A stretch of DNA of 64,000 nucleotides from Pecten maximus (lineage: Eukaryota), in contig NC_047030.1 of NCBI RefSeq assembly GCF_902652985.1, positions 21,762,001 to 21,826,000 of the forward strand. The letters run 5' to 3'. Below the pieces are notes generated by a model. It saw nothing but the letters and a program-made list of their open reading frames with translations. It was not told the DNA's origin and ran no database searches. The position numbers and the translations under genes are program-made. Below, one piece after another: positions 51,270 through 64,000 of this stretch; positions within the stretch are counted from its first letter, which is position 1, and each line of letters begins with the position of its first letter.

Positions 51270-52315
51270 GGGTCAGGATGACCTGTAGCCATCTGCTCCG
51301 TCGTCGTCATCCGCTGTTGGCCATTAGACTGTTTCTTTCAAAACCCTATTCCTCCTTAACCCCAAAGTGGATTATTGCCAAATTTGGTGTGAAACATCAT
51401 TAGGGGAGGGCAGTCGTATTCAATTTAAATGAGGCTGGGGCGGGGCCTCAAAAGGGGAACTTTGTTGAATTTTTGCTTTAATATCCTACTCCTCCTGAAC
51501 CCTTGGGTAGATTACAACCAAATTTGGTGTGAAACATCATTGGGGGAGGGAATAAATATTTCATATAAATGAAGCTGGTCTGACCCCTAAGACCAGAGGG
51601 ACGGGGCCCCAAAAGGGGGACTTTGGTGAATTTTTGCTTTAAAATCCTACTTCTCCTTCACCCTTGGTTGGATTACAATCAACTTTGGTGTGAAACATCC
51701 TTGGGGAAGGGCGATCATATTTGATATTAATGAGGCTGATGTGACCCCTGCCCGAGTGGCGGGGCCCCAAATGAGGAATTTTGGTGAATTTTTGCTTTAA
51801 AACCTTACTCCATCTTAACCCTTGAGTAGATTACAATCAAATTTAATGTGAAACATCATTGGAGGAGGGAAATCATATTTTTTATAAATGAGGCTAGTAT
51901 GACCAATAGCTAGGACCCGATGGGTGGGGTCCAAAAAGGGGAACTTTGCTATGATTTTGCTTTAAATCCCTATTCCTCCTCAACATTCAATGGATTACAA
52001 CCAAATTTCGTGTGAAACATCATAAGGGGATGGCAATCATAATTATATAAATGAGGCTGGTGTGACCCCTGGGGACAAAGGAGTGAGGCCCCAAAAGGGG
52101 AACTTAGCTGAAATTTAGCGTTAAAACTCTACTACTAATTAATACCTTAATAGATAACAACCAAATTTGGTTTGAAATATCATAAGGGACGGCAATCATA
52201 ATTTATATAATTGAGGCTGGTTTGGCCCCTGGGGACAAAGGAGTGAGGCCCAAAAAGGGGAACTTGGCTGAAATTTTGCTTTAAGATTCTACTCTTCTTT
52301 AAGCCAAAATGGATA
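51270..52315 (+). mobile_element. Older HINE-like element with ~160-bp internal array (~6 units); 3' end at ~54220-54255
   Basis: Unit marker AAATTTGGTGTGAAACATC at ~51380, 51520, 51681, 51839, 52003, 52163; head CAGGATGACC; tail CAGATGACCGTTAAAGCCCATGGGCCTCTTGTT. Confidence 0.65.
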
Positions 52316-52324
52316 AAAACCAAA

Positions 52325-54137
52325 TTTTTAGCCCACCATCATCAGATGGTGGGCTATTCAAATCGCCCTGCGTCCGTGGTCCGTCGTCCGTCCGTCCGTC
52401 CCTCCGTCCGTCCCTCCGTCCGTAAACAATTCTTGTTATCGCTATTTCTGAGAAAGTGCTGATGGGATCTTTCTCAAATTTCATATGTAGGTTCCCCTTG
52501 GTGCCTAGTTGTGCATATTGCATTTTGGGACTGATCGGAAAACAACATGGCCGACAGGCAGCCATCTTGGATTTTGACAATTGAAGTTTGTTATCTCTAT
52601 TTCTCAGAAAGTATTGAAGGGATCTTTCTCAAATTTCATATGTAGGTTCCCCTTGGTGCCTAGTTGTGCATATTGCATTTTGGGACCAATCGGAAAACAA
52701 CATGGCCGAAAGGTAGCCATCTTGGATTTTGTCAATTGAAGTTTGTTATCTCTATTTCTGAGAAAGTATTGAAGGGATCTTTCTCAAATTTCATATGTAG
52801 GTTCCCCTTGGTGCCTTGTTATGCATATTGCATTTTGGGACCGATCAGAAAACAACATGGCCGACAGGCAGCCATCTTGGATTTTGACAATTGAAGTTTG
52901 TTATCTCTATTTCTGAGAAAGTGTTGAAGGGATCTTTCTCAAATTTCATATGTAGGTTCCTCTTGGTGCCTAGATATGCATATTGCATTTTGGGACCGAT
53001 CAGAAAACAACATGGCCGACAGGCAGCCATCTTGGATTTTGACAATTGGAGTTTGTTATCGCTATTTCTGAGGAAGTACTGAAGGGATCTTTCTCAAATT
53101 TCATATGTAGGTTCCCTTTGGTGCCTAGTTATGCATATTTCATTTTGGGACCAATCGGAAAACAACATGGCCGACAGGCAGCCATCTTGGATTTTGACAA
53201 TTGAAGTTTGTTATCTCTATTTCTGAGAAAGTATTGAAGGGATCTTTCTCAAATTTCATATGTAGGTTCCTCTTGGTGCCTAGATATGCATATTGCATTT
53301 TGGGACCGATCAGAAAACAACATGGCCGACAGGCAGTCATCTTGGATTTTGACAATTGGAGTTTGTTATCGCTATTTCTGAGGAAGTACTGAAGGGATCT
53401 TTCTCAAATTTCGTATGTAGGTTCCCTTTGATGCCTAGTTATGCATATTTCATTTTGGGACCAATCGGAAAACAACATGGCCGACAGGCAGCCATCTTGG
53501 ATTTTGACAATTGGAGTTTGTTAACGCTATTTCTGAGGAAGTACTGAAGGGATCTTTCTCAAATTTTATATGTAGGTTCCCTTTGGTGCCTAGTTATTCA
53601 TATTGCATTTTGGGACCAATCGGAAAACAAAATGGCCGACAGGCAGCCATCTTGGATTCTGACAATTAAAGTTTGTTATCGCTATTTCTGTGAAAGTAAT
53701 GAAGGGATCTTTCTGAAATTTCATATGCAGGTTCCCCTCAGTGCCTAGTTATGCATATTGCATTTTGAGACCAATCGGAAAACAACATGGCTGACAGGCA
53801 GCCATCTTGGATTTTGACAATTGAAATTTGTTATCGCTTTTTCTGTGAAAGAACAGAAGGGATCTTTCTCAAATTTCATATGTAGGTTCCCCTCAGTGCC
53901 TAGTTTTGCATATTGGGACCAATACGAAAACAACATGGCCGACAGACAGCCATTATAGCTAAATCTTAAATTCTGTATATAGGTTCCCCTTGTTTGAAAA
54001 GTACTAGAGGGCTGTTTCTGAATTTACACAGATCAGTAAGACTTAGAGGAAGGGAAAAGTAGGGAAAAGATCAATCTGACATGGAACCTATAAAGATCAT
54101 TCAATGGTGGGCGCCAAGATCCCTCTGGGATCTCTTG
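52325..54137 (+). mobile_element. Young HINE/pearl-like element with ~10 x 155-bp satellite monomers
   Basis: Head TTTTTAGCCCACCATCATCAGATGGTGGGCTA, (GTCC)n microsatellite, monomers every 155 bp from 52434, tail ATGGTGGGCG plus palindrome AAGATCCCTCTGGGATCTCTT. Confidence 0.88.
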
Positions 54138-55390
54138 TATCTGAAACATAACTGTCTAAGAACAGATAACTTGTGGTAAAGATGCTGGATTTAGGTGTGT
54201 GTCCCTGCTGTAAGTGTTTGTCAGATGACCGTTAAAGCCCATGGGCCTCTTGTTCTCTTGTTCCATTGGTGCTATTGAGCTGAAAATGTGTAGGGATGTT
54301 AAGGAAGAGTAGCCGACAAATTGTTGCCGTTTTTCGGCCTCGTAAGTCATGGTTTTCCTGAAAAAAAAAAGAACCTATTTCAAACTTCTCAAGTTCCACC
54401 CGTGGTCTTCAACTTAAACTTTCCTTAAATGGTCCGGAGATTGTGTCGATCAAGAGTTATTATTTTTCGGGTAGATCCGATATCCAAGATTGCCGCCATA
54501 GGTTATTGGTGCCATTGAGTTGAAAATTGATGAGGATGTTAAGGGAAGGAAGCTGACAAGAAGGTGTTGTTATTTTTAGCCTCATAAAATTTTCGACAAA
54601 GTATAGCCATGGTAACCAAAAGTCTAAGAGACCTGATATTGGACCTATAGCATGCTGGAGTAAAGGACTACGATGTTAATTCAAATGTCGCATTCAAGGT
54701 CACAGGGGTCAAACGTGTTAAAATATTTAAACGACGAGTTCTCAATAACCAAGAGGCCCAGAGATCTGATATTGGGCCAGTAGTATGCTGGAATGAAAGA
54801 CTACCAATTTTATTCAAATATCACATTCAAGGTCACAGGGGGTCAAACGTGTTTAAATATTTAAACGACGAGTTCTCAATAACCAAGATACCCAGAGACC
54901 TTATATTGGGGACAGAAGTATGCTGTAATGAAGGACTGCAAAATTTATCTAAACGGGTCAACCTAGCCTGCTCTTTTTATCTTAATAAGTGGTAATCAAC
55001 TTAGCATCTGCTAGTGGTAAGCTGTCCCTGTCGGATTACAGATCATCACTATAAATTTCGTCATCACTCAGCTTGATGTCCCTGTTGGTGTTAATAAAAT
55101 AAGCGGAAGAGTTGTGTCCATGGTTTCAAGAAATTGTAGACGTACATTTCGCACTAGAAGCATTGCACTAATTATATTTTATAGAGAATAACGTGGGGCG
55201 CTAATTCCTCAAAGACCTAATCTGTTGGAAATGTTGGAAATGTTGGAAATGCAATGTAATATGAGTACTCCAAAGAAGTACATTTGAAGTATTTGAGTTA
55301 TATCCGATAAACATTGTCAGTCATTTCTCTTGTCATTAAGCGAAATACTGACGATATATCGAAACAGTGAAATTGAAGGATTTAATTTAA

Positions 55391-56206
55391 AGGGGCATTC
55401 CTTCGTTTGAATAAAGTTTAGGTCGTCAGAATTAAACTTACTGGAAAATATGTATATTTTTTTCAAGTAGTAAAAGTTGTAATCTTTACACTAATGAGGC
55501 TGTTTTACTCTCTAGATAAACCAAAGTTCTTAAAGAGGCTTGCCCGCAGAGAGATCAGAAAAATTGGCTAATAGAAAACGATTTTTTACACATGACAGAT
55601 TGTTGGAATTGTTGAGTTTTTCATTTTATTTTCCTTATAAAACGCTGAAAAGTGATATTAAAACCTCATTTTTTAAATATTATTTATTTAATCGCAACCC
55701 GCAATAAGTCCCCGCTATAAAGTGGAGTCTAATTTGATTGACACATCAAAGAAACAAGCACGTGCACAGTGCCGCACAGTGATAACTTCAAAGGCAGCGG
55801 CGATTTACAAATGAAGATTTGCCGTTATATTCCATACATTTCCCTCTCGGGTTGAGTTTTAAAACGTCTTTAAATACATATTCTGTAATTGTTTTCAAGA
55901 AATAAAGTCGGAAAGCCTCTAATTTTGTCACATAGAAACGTGTACTGAAGTTTATTTAGTGATCGGAGATGTGCCGTTTACCGGTCCGTCTGCGGGTAAG
56001 CCTCTTTAAGTTTTAAGTCCTGAAAATTCTTATCACTAATTACCGCAAAGACATACAGTATTTGTTTACAATACGTATTTTTCCTGTACATTTCCGCGTT
56101 AATTTCATTACTTGTAGGCACAAACACTCATATAATCATCGTTCGGACATAGATTTCACCAATTAAAATGTGCATGTTTCTGATGTCCAAACGAAGGAAT
56201 GCACTT
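55391..56206. mobile_element. Non-autonomous TTAA-specific DNA transposon (Kolobok-like), outer element
   Basis: TTAA|AGGGGCATTCCTTCGTTTG ... CAAACGAAGGAATGCACTT|TTAA. Confidence 0.75.
55534..56005. mobile_element. Non-autonomous TTAA-specific DNA transposon (Kolobok-like), nested inner element
   Basis: TTAA|AGAGGCTTGCCCGCAGA ... TCTGCGGGTAAGCCTCT|TTAA. Confidence 0.8.
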
Positions 56207-56531
56207 TTAAGTGTAACGTGTTGGATACTTGTTCTGGAGATTATTGAATCTGAAATGTCTTTATTCTGAATAAATCTACATAAACAAAGAAAATCTAACG
56301 TCAATATGGAAGAAAATCATGATTACATGATATGTTTACCACATCTTCGTCTCATTTGTGTTTCTACGAAAAATAGGTATATACTTATAACTCGCAAATT
56401 TAATACCCGATCGTCTATTTCCCGAAAGAGTGACTGAAGAATGGTAATTTCCAGATTAAGAAAATATGTTTTTCATGTTTTTAAATATGTCATATTGGTC
56501 CTATAAAGCTGGTTCCATATTTTCTTACATA

Positions 56532-56680
56532 TTGACCACATGGACTTGGCACGATTTTATAAATGATAGTCCATATATGTATGTACATGTATAATAGTGA
56601 CAATACATATATAATGTATACATGTGTATATATATATATGGACTATCATTTATAAAGTCGTGCCAAGCCCCTGTGGTAAA
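56532..56680. repeat. Inverted repeat with TA-rich spacer
   Basis: CTTGGCACGATTTTATAAATGATAGTCCATATA / TATATGGACTATCATTTATAAAGTCGTGCCAAG. Confidence 0.8.
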
Positions 56681-57125
56681 GACGCCGACTGGAACCTCGC
56701 CCTGGAGCTGGAATATCCGACCCGACCTTGAGACCTACGTCCTGAATTATGGGCGTGTAAAAATGGAACCTCTATCTCCACACGGAGAACAATTTCGTCG
56801 ACTTTTGGAACTTCGCCCTGACCTCTTGGATAGATCCTAGGTTCAAACCGATCTTGTTTGAAAATGATCCTAAAAAGAGGATCCAAGTTACCGACCTTGC
56901 CCAGAAATTATCCTAGAAAGTGTCCCGAAAGAGATTTCAAGTTACCGACTGTGTCTAAAGAAAATCTAATCTAACGATGTTGCCTTAAAATTGTTTAAAA
57001 AGAGAATACAAATGATGGACCACGTGTACAAAACGGTCATAAAACAAAATCAAAGTTAACGACCTTGTTCAAAAGTGGAAACTGTAATATATTTCTTAAT
57101 TTAATGGCCGAAGTCTTTGGAAAAG

Positions 57126-57343
57126 TTTGTTTATTTGTTTGTGTTTAACGGCCTATTAACAGCCAGGGTCATTTAAGGACGTGCCAGGTTTTGGAGGTGG
57201 AGGAAAGCCGGAGTACCCGGGAGAAAAACCACCGGCCTACGGTCAGTACCTGGCAACTGCCCCACGTAGGTTTCGAACTCGTAACCCAGAGGTGGTGGCT
57301 AGTGATAAAGTGTCGGGACACCTTAACCACTCGGCCACCGCGG
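57126..57343 (-). mobile_element. tRNA-derived SINE, same family, near intact
   Basis: Minus strand TGGCCGAGTGGTTAAG (A box), GTTCGAAACC (B box), (AAAC)n tail. Confidence 0.88.
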
Positions 57344-57848
57344 GAAAAGATGATCTGTAAAAATACGATTCTAGTGGCTGTGTGAAGTTGGTGTAACATT
57401 CAACATACAGCATTCAGAATTTGGATGTCGAGCCAGCTCGACATATATTAAACATTCAAATATTTGGAACACTCTTGGTGTGTCATCTCGACATGTGACA
57501 TTCAACATTCAGAATTGGAATGATTCACAGTTTCAAATTTATTTGAATACTGGAGTATGCCATCTAGCTTTCTGATGCTTTTGCGAATTTTTTAACAAAT
57601 GATACTTGCTTCTGAGTTGATGTGAATTATTTCGAAATAGAATATCGTAACTGTGAAGTTGGCTCAACATCCAGCTCAACATTATGACATTTAACATTCA
57701 GAATTTGAGTGTCACTCCAGCTCGACATACCACATTAGATATTCAAAATTCGAATGCTGAGCCAGTTCTACATACGACAATCAACGTTCGGAATTTTAAT
57801 GTCGAGCCAGTTCTGCATACGACATTCGACGTTCAAAATTTGAATATT

Positions 57849-58030
57849 GGGTGGTCGGGTGACACACTTACTTTTCACCTAGGCGGCCAGGGTTCGAATT
57901 CCAGATCGGACCTTAAAATGTATTCGATTACCTGCCCGCACACGTTTTCCCCGTGTACTCCGGTTTCCTGCAACACCGACCCTTCGCGCGCTTCTATCTG
58001 GGCCAACAAGTGTAATAAATATAAGTTATA
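57849..58030 (+). mobile_element. Second tRNA-derived SINE family, degenerate
   Basis: B box GGTTCGAATTCC and core TTTTCCCCGTGTACTCCGGTTTCC. Confidence 0.6.
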
Positions 58031-58074
58031 ACTTGTTTCGCAATTGTTGTGAAATAGGTAAAGTTTACATTTTT

Positions 58075-59085
58075 ACAAAACTGGATCAGGATTTGTCAAC
58101 CTATAAGGTTGGTCCTAAAAACTGAATCATGATTTGTCGACCTATAAGGTTTGTCCTAAAAACTGGATCAGGATTTGTCGACCTATAAGGTTTGTCCTAA
58201 AAACTGGATCAGGATTTGTCGACCAATAAGGTTTGTCCTAAAAACTGGACAAGGATTTGTCGACCTATAAAGTTGGTCCTAAAAACTGGACAAGGATTTG
58301 TCGACCTATAAGGTTTGTCCTAAAAACTGGATCAGGATTTATCGACCTATAAGGTTTGTCCTAAAAACTGGATCAGGATTTGTCGACCTATAAGGTTGGT
58401 CCTAAAAACTGGATCAGGATTTGTCGACCTATAAGGTTGGTCCTAAAAACTGGACAAGGATTTGTCGACCTATAAGGTTGGTTCTAAAAACTGGATCATG
58501 ATTTGTCGACCTATAAGGTTGGTTCTAAAAACTGGATCATGATTTGTCGACCTGTAAAGTTGGTCCTAAAAACTGGATCATGATTTGTCGACCTGTAAAG
58601 TTTGTCCTAAAAACTGGATCATGATTTGTCGACCTATAAGGCTGGTTCTAAAAACTGGATCATGATTTGTCGACCTGTAAAGTTGGTCCTAAAAACTGGA
58701 TCATGATTTGTCGACCTGTAAAGTTGGTCCTAAAAACTGGATCATGATTTGTCGACCTATAAGGTTTGTCCTAAAAACTGGACAAGGATTGGTCGACCTA
58801 TAAGGTTTGTCCTAAAAACTGGACAAGGATTGGTCGACCTATAAGGTTTGTCCTAAAAACTAGACAAGGATTTGTCGACCTATAAGGTTTGTCATAAAAA
58901 CTGGATCATGATTTGTCGACCTATAAGGTTTGTCCTAAAAACTGGACAAGGATTGGTCGACCTATAAAGTTTGTCCTAAAAAGTGGATCAGGATTTGTCG
59001 ACCTAAAAGGTTTGTCCTAAAAACTGGACAAGGATTTGTCGACCTATAAAGTTGGTCCTAAAAACTGGATCAGATTTGTCGACCT
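58075..59085. repeat. 41-bp minisatellite, ~24 copies
   Basis: CTGGATCAGGATTTGTCGACCTATAAGGTTTGTCCTAAAAA in tandem. Confidence 0.95.
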
Positions 59086-59184
59086 CGTACTTTTGGTCCT
59101 TAAAACTAGACCAGGATAAGTCGAGCTTATACTTTTAGTGTCAAAAAGTATACCAGGATTAGTCGACTTCGAACTATTTTTTGA

Positions 59185-62100
59185 GAAGGTCGACAATTTG
59201 GATCCGCATTTAGGACGTTTGTAGACAAGGTCAACAATATGGATCCGCTTTTAGGATCATTTGTGGAAAAAATTGACAATTTAAGTCTGCTTTTAGTGCA
59301 AATTTTTAGACCAAAAGGACAATTTGCATCTGCTTTCATACCAATTTTAGATAATGTTCATAATTTGAATCCGTTTAAGGACAATTCTTCGACAATATCG
59401 ACAATTTGGATCCGCTTTTACAACCTTTCTGGGGGCAGGGTCGCCTATATGGATCCGTTTTTTTGACCGTTTGTATAGAATGTCGACAATTTGTTTTCGC
59501 TTTAAGGACCATTTTGAGATAAGGTCGACAATATGTATCCGCTTTTATGACCATTTGTAGAAAAAGTCAACAATTTGGGTCTGCTTTTAATACCATTTTT
59601 AGACAAGGTCGCCAATTTTAATCCGCTTTCAGGACCATTTTTAGACAAGGTCGACAATTTGGATCCGATTTCAGGACCATTTGTAGACAAGGTTGATAAT
59701 ACCGATGCGCTTTCAGTACGAATTTTAGACAAGGTCGACAATATCGATCCGCTTTCAGTACGAAATTTAGACAAGGTTGACAATACCGATCCGCTATCAG
59801 TACGAATTTTAGACAAGGTCGACAATATCGATCCGCTTCCAAAACTATTTTGAGATAAGGTCGACAAGGTCGCCAATTTTGATCCGCTTTAAAGACCATT
59901 TGTAAACAAGGTCGACAATTTGGATCCGCTTTCAGGACCATTGGTAGACAAGGTCACCAATTTTGATCTGCTTTCAGGACCATTTTTAGACAAGGTCGCC
60001 AATTTTGATCCGCTTTCAGGAACATGTTTTGACAAGGTCGCCAATTTTGATCCGCTTTCAGGACCACTTTTAGACAAGGTCGCCAATTTTGATCCGCTTT
60101 CAGGACGATTTTTAGACAAGGTCGCCAATTTTGATCCGCTTTCAGGATCATTTTAAAACAAGGTCACCAATTTTGATCCGCTTTCAGGACCATTTTTAGA
60201 CAAGGTCGCCAATTTTGATCCGCTTTCAGGATCATTTTAAAACAAGGTCGCCAATTTGGATCCGCTTTCAGGACCATTTTTAGACAAGGTCGCAAATTTT
60301 GATCCGCTTTCAGGACCATTTTTAGACAAGGTCGCCAATTTGGATCCGCTTTCAGGACCATTTTTAGACAAGGTCGCCAATTTGGATCCGCTTTCAGGAC
60401 CATTTTAAACAAGGTCGCTAATTTTGATCCGCTTTCAGGACCATTTTTAGACAAGGTTGTCAATTTTCAACCTTTTTCAGGACCATTTTTAGACAAGGTC
60501 GCCAATTTGGATCCGCTTTCAGGACCATTTTTAGACAAGGTCGCCAATTTTGATCCGCTTTCAGGACCATTTTTAGACAAGGTCGCCAATTTTGATCCGC
60601 TTTCAGGACCATTTTTAGACAAGGTCGCCAATTTTGATCCGCTTTCAGGACCATTTTTAGACAAGGTCGCCAATTTTGATCCGCTTTCAGGACCATTTTT
60701 AGACAAGGTCGCCAATTTTGATCCGCTTTCAGGACAATTTTTAGACAAGGTCGCCAATTTTGATCCGCTTTCAGGACCATTTTTAGACAAGGTCGCCAAT
60801 TTTGATCCGCTTTCAGGACCATTTTTAGACAAAGTCGCCAATTTTGATCCGCTTTCAGGACCATTTTTAGACAAGGTCGCAAATTTTGATCCGCTTTCAG
60901 GACAATTTTTAGACAAGGTCGCCAATTTTGATCCGCTTTCAGGAACATTTTTAGACAAGGTCGCCAATTTGGATCCGCTTTCAGGACGATTTTTAGACAA
61001 GGTCGACAATTTGGATGCGCTTTTAGGACCATTTTGAGACAAGGTTGACAATACAGATCCACTTTCAGGAATATTTTGAGACAAGGTCGCCAATTTTGAT
61101 CCGCTTTCAGGACAATTTTTAGACAAGATCGCCAATTTTGATCCGCTTTCAGGACCATTTTTAGACAAGGTCACCAATTTGGATGCGCTTTCAGGACCAA
61201 TTTTAAGTCAGTGTCGCCAATTTGGATCCGCTTTCAGGACCATTTTTAGACAAGGTCGCATTGGTAGACAAGGTCACCAATTTTGATCTGCTTTCAGGAC
61301 CATTTTTAGACAAGGTCGACAATTTTGATCTGCTTTCAGGACTATTTTAAAACAAGGTCGACAATTTGGATCCGCTTTCAGGACCATTGGTAGACAAGGT
61401 CACCAATTTTGATCTGCTTTCAGGACCATTTTGAGAAAAGGTTGACAATACAGATCCACTTTCAGGAATATTTTGAGACAAGGTCGACAATATTGATCCG
61501 CTTTCAGGGCCATTTTTAGACAAGGTCATCAATTTGTTTCCACTCTTAGGACCAATTTTGATCCGCTTTCAGGACCATTGGTAGACAAGGTCGCCAATTT
61601 TCATCCGTTTGCAGGACCATTTTTAGACAAGGTCGCAAATTTGGCTCCGCTTTGAGGACAATTTTTAGACAAGGTTGTCAATTTTGATCCGCTTTCAGGA
61701 CCATTTTTAGACAAGGTCGCCAATTTTGATCCTCTTTCAGGACGATTTTTAGACAAGGTCGCCAATTTGGATCCGCTTTCAGGACCATTTTTAGACAACG
61801 TCGCCAATTTTGATCCGCTTTCAGGACCATTTTTAGACAAGGTCGCCAATACTGATTCGTTTTCAGGACCATTTTTAGACAAGGTCGCCAATTTTGATCC
61901 GCTTTCAGGACCATTTTTAGACAAGGTCGCCAATTTTGATCCGCTTTCAGGACCATTTTTAGACAAGGTCGCCAATTTGGATCCGCTTTCAGGACCATTT
62001 TTAGACAAGGTCGCAAATACTGATTCGTTTTCAGGACCATTTTTAGACAAGGTCGCCAACTTTGATCCGCTTTCAGGACCATTTTTAGACAAGGTCGCCA

Positions 62101-63175
62101 AATTTGATCCGTTTTCAGGACCATTTTAAAACAAGGTCGCCAACTTTGATCCGCTTTCAGGACCATTTTTAGACAAGGTCGCCAATTTTGATCCGCTTTC
62201 AGGACCATTTTAAAACAAGGTCGCCAATTTTGATCCGCTTTCAGGACCATTTTTAGACAAGGTCGCAAATACTGATTCGTTTTCAGGACCATTTTTAGAC
62301 AAGGTCGCAAATACTGATTCGTTTTCAGGACCATTTTTAGACAAGGTCGCCAATTTGGATCCGCTTTCAGGACCATTTTTAGACAAGGTCGCCAATTTGG
62401 ATCCGCTTTCAGGACCATTTTTAGACAAGGTCGCCAATTTGGATCCGCTTTCAGGACCATTTTTAGACAAGGTCGCCAATTTTGATCCTCTTTCAGGACG
62501 ATTTTTAGACAAGGTCGACAATTTGGATCTGCTTTTAGGACCATTTTGAGACAAGGTCGCCAATTTTGATCCGCTTTCAGGACCATTTTTAGACAACGTC
62601 GCCAATTTTGATCCGCTTTCAGGACCATTTTTAGACAAGGTCGCCAATTTGGATCCTCTTTCAGGACGATTTTTAGACAAGGTCGACAATTTGGATCTGC
62701 TTTTAGGACCATTTTGAGACAAGGTCGCCAATTTTGATCTGCTTTCAGGACCATTTTTAGACAACGTCGCCAATTTGGATCCGCTTTCAGGACCATTTTT
62801 TAGACAAGGTCGCCAACTTTGATCCGCTTTCAAGACCATTTTTAGACATGGTCGACAATTTGGATCATATTTAGATAAACTCGACAGTTTGGATCCGCTT
62901 TTAGGACATTTTTGAGACAAGGTCGACAATTTGGATCCGCTTTTAAGACCTTTCTGAGGCAGGGTCGAAGATATGGATCCGCTTTTAGGACCGTTTGCAG
63001 AAAAGGTCGACAATTTGAATCCGCTTTTAGGACCACTTTGACAAAGTTGACAATTTAGATATGCTTCTAGGACCATTTTTAGACAATATTGAAAATTTGA
63101 TTATGTTTAAAGACCATTTTGAGATAAGGTCGACAATTTGGTTTCGTTTTAAACACCATGTTTTGGCAAGGCCGA
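59185..63175. repeat. 42-bp minisatellite, ~4 kb
   Basis: GACAAGGTCGCCAATTTTGATCCGCTTTCAGGACCATTTTTA in tandem; homogeneous centre, degenerate edges. Confidence 0.97.
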
Positions 63176-64000
63176 TAATTTAATTGGTCAAGGTTAGTAA
63201 TTTATATCTATAATATTATATATTTTTGTTCAAAATGTTAACCCTAGACTAGTTTGACGGATTACACATTCCTGTTACATGTATCTTTAACAAATAAAAT
63301 GTACGATATTGGGAGCAAATATTAGATGAAATTTTCAAACGGATAAATCCTCGCGATGGGAGGATTATTAAACGGAAAAGGTATAACGATATGGTAGCAG
63401 TGTACAGTAAAAATGCCAAATTCTGAAAAATATGGCACATGCTTTAGATATGTAAACATTGCCAGTTAACCTTACATATAACCTCTAATAAAGTATATAT
63501 ATTTGAAATCTGTACAACATTTGCAATTTTAATAGAGCTCTGAAGGATAAGTAAACTGATATTTTCTGTGATTTTTAGAGCTGTGAATACCATGGTAACA
63601 GCTTAAAAAATTCTCAAAAATTGCAAAATATTATGATATTTGACCCAAAATGGCACAATTCTCTACACAATTTTTTTTCTGAAACCTATTTAAAATTAGA
63701 TATCTCTATCCCAAAGACAGAATTAATCTTGTTTGGACATATGTTGTAAATTAAGTTTTTCCGCTATCTTACCTTTTCTGTGGGCTTCCATTTTGCGCTG
63801 TAGGCGAAACTAAATTTCCTGTGTAAACACACGTTCGGAAAATCCGGATATTTAAAATCCGGAACCAATTTATTGATTTTTGTTTTAATAAATGTGAAGC
63901 CTGTATGTACTACTTCATACTGGATATACCAATTATAGTGTACATTTATTTTTTCATTTTTTATACATATCATAATACAGGAGTTATTTGCTTAACAAAA

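Noticed and set aside
52299-53936. Repeated MSKSKMAACRPCC ORFs
   Set aside because: Translations of the 155-bp satellite monomer.
57270-57343. tRNA gene (also at 41281 and ~35920)
   Set aside because: No complete cloverleaf; the A/B boxes continue into a SINE body and tail.
59502-63076. Long ORFs (up to 372 aa) with a 14-aa period on both strands
   Set aside because: Consequence of a 42-bp unit; several frames are open at once, with frequent frameshifts and no unique flanking coding sequence.
63767-63800. Minus-strand ATGGAAGCCCACAGAAAAG|GTAAGA mini first exon
   Set aside because: No downstream exons identified in the window.

Overview
AT-rich animal genomic DNA; the repeat families look like those of a bivalve mollusc (inference). 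Two spliced genes lie head-to-head around a short shared promoter region (~24.4-24.7 kb). On the - strand is a PQ-loop lysosomal amino-acid transporter (PQLC2/SLC66A1-like; 7 coding exons, ~343 aa, 14403-18858). On the + strand is eIF4G (29 coding exons, ~1682 aa, 24804-48750, with PABP site, YDRDFLL eIF4E site, MIF4G, MA3 and W2). Each gene carries one clear U12-type (minor spliceosome) GT-AG intron. The most striking feature is an amplified box C/D snoRNA family inside eIF4G: 10 copies, 8 of them in one 4-kb intron and 5 of those in a ~420-bp tandem repeat. The D' guide matches the 28S peptidyl-transferase site of snR38/SNORD1. A second conserved guide has 9-bp matches to 18S. Two outlying copies have each lost a different guide. 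The flanks are satellites (39, 28, 41 and 42 bp), HINE-type elements with 155-160-bp arrays, SINEs, MITEs and foldback hairpins; the long ORFs there are repeat artefacts. All coordinates were read by eye and rRNA sequences are recalled, not aligned.
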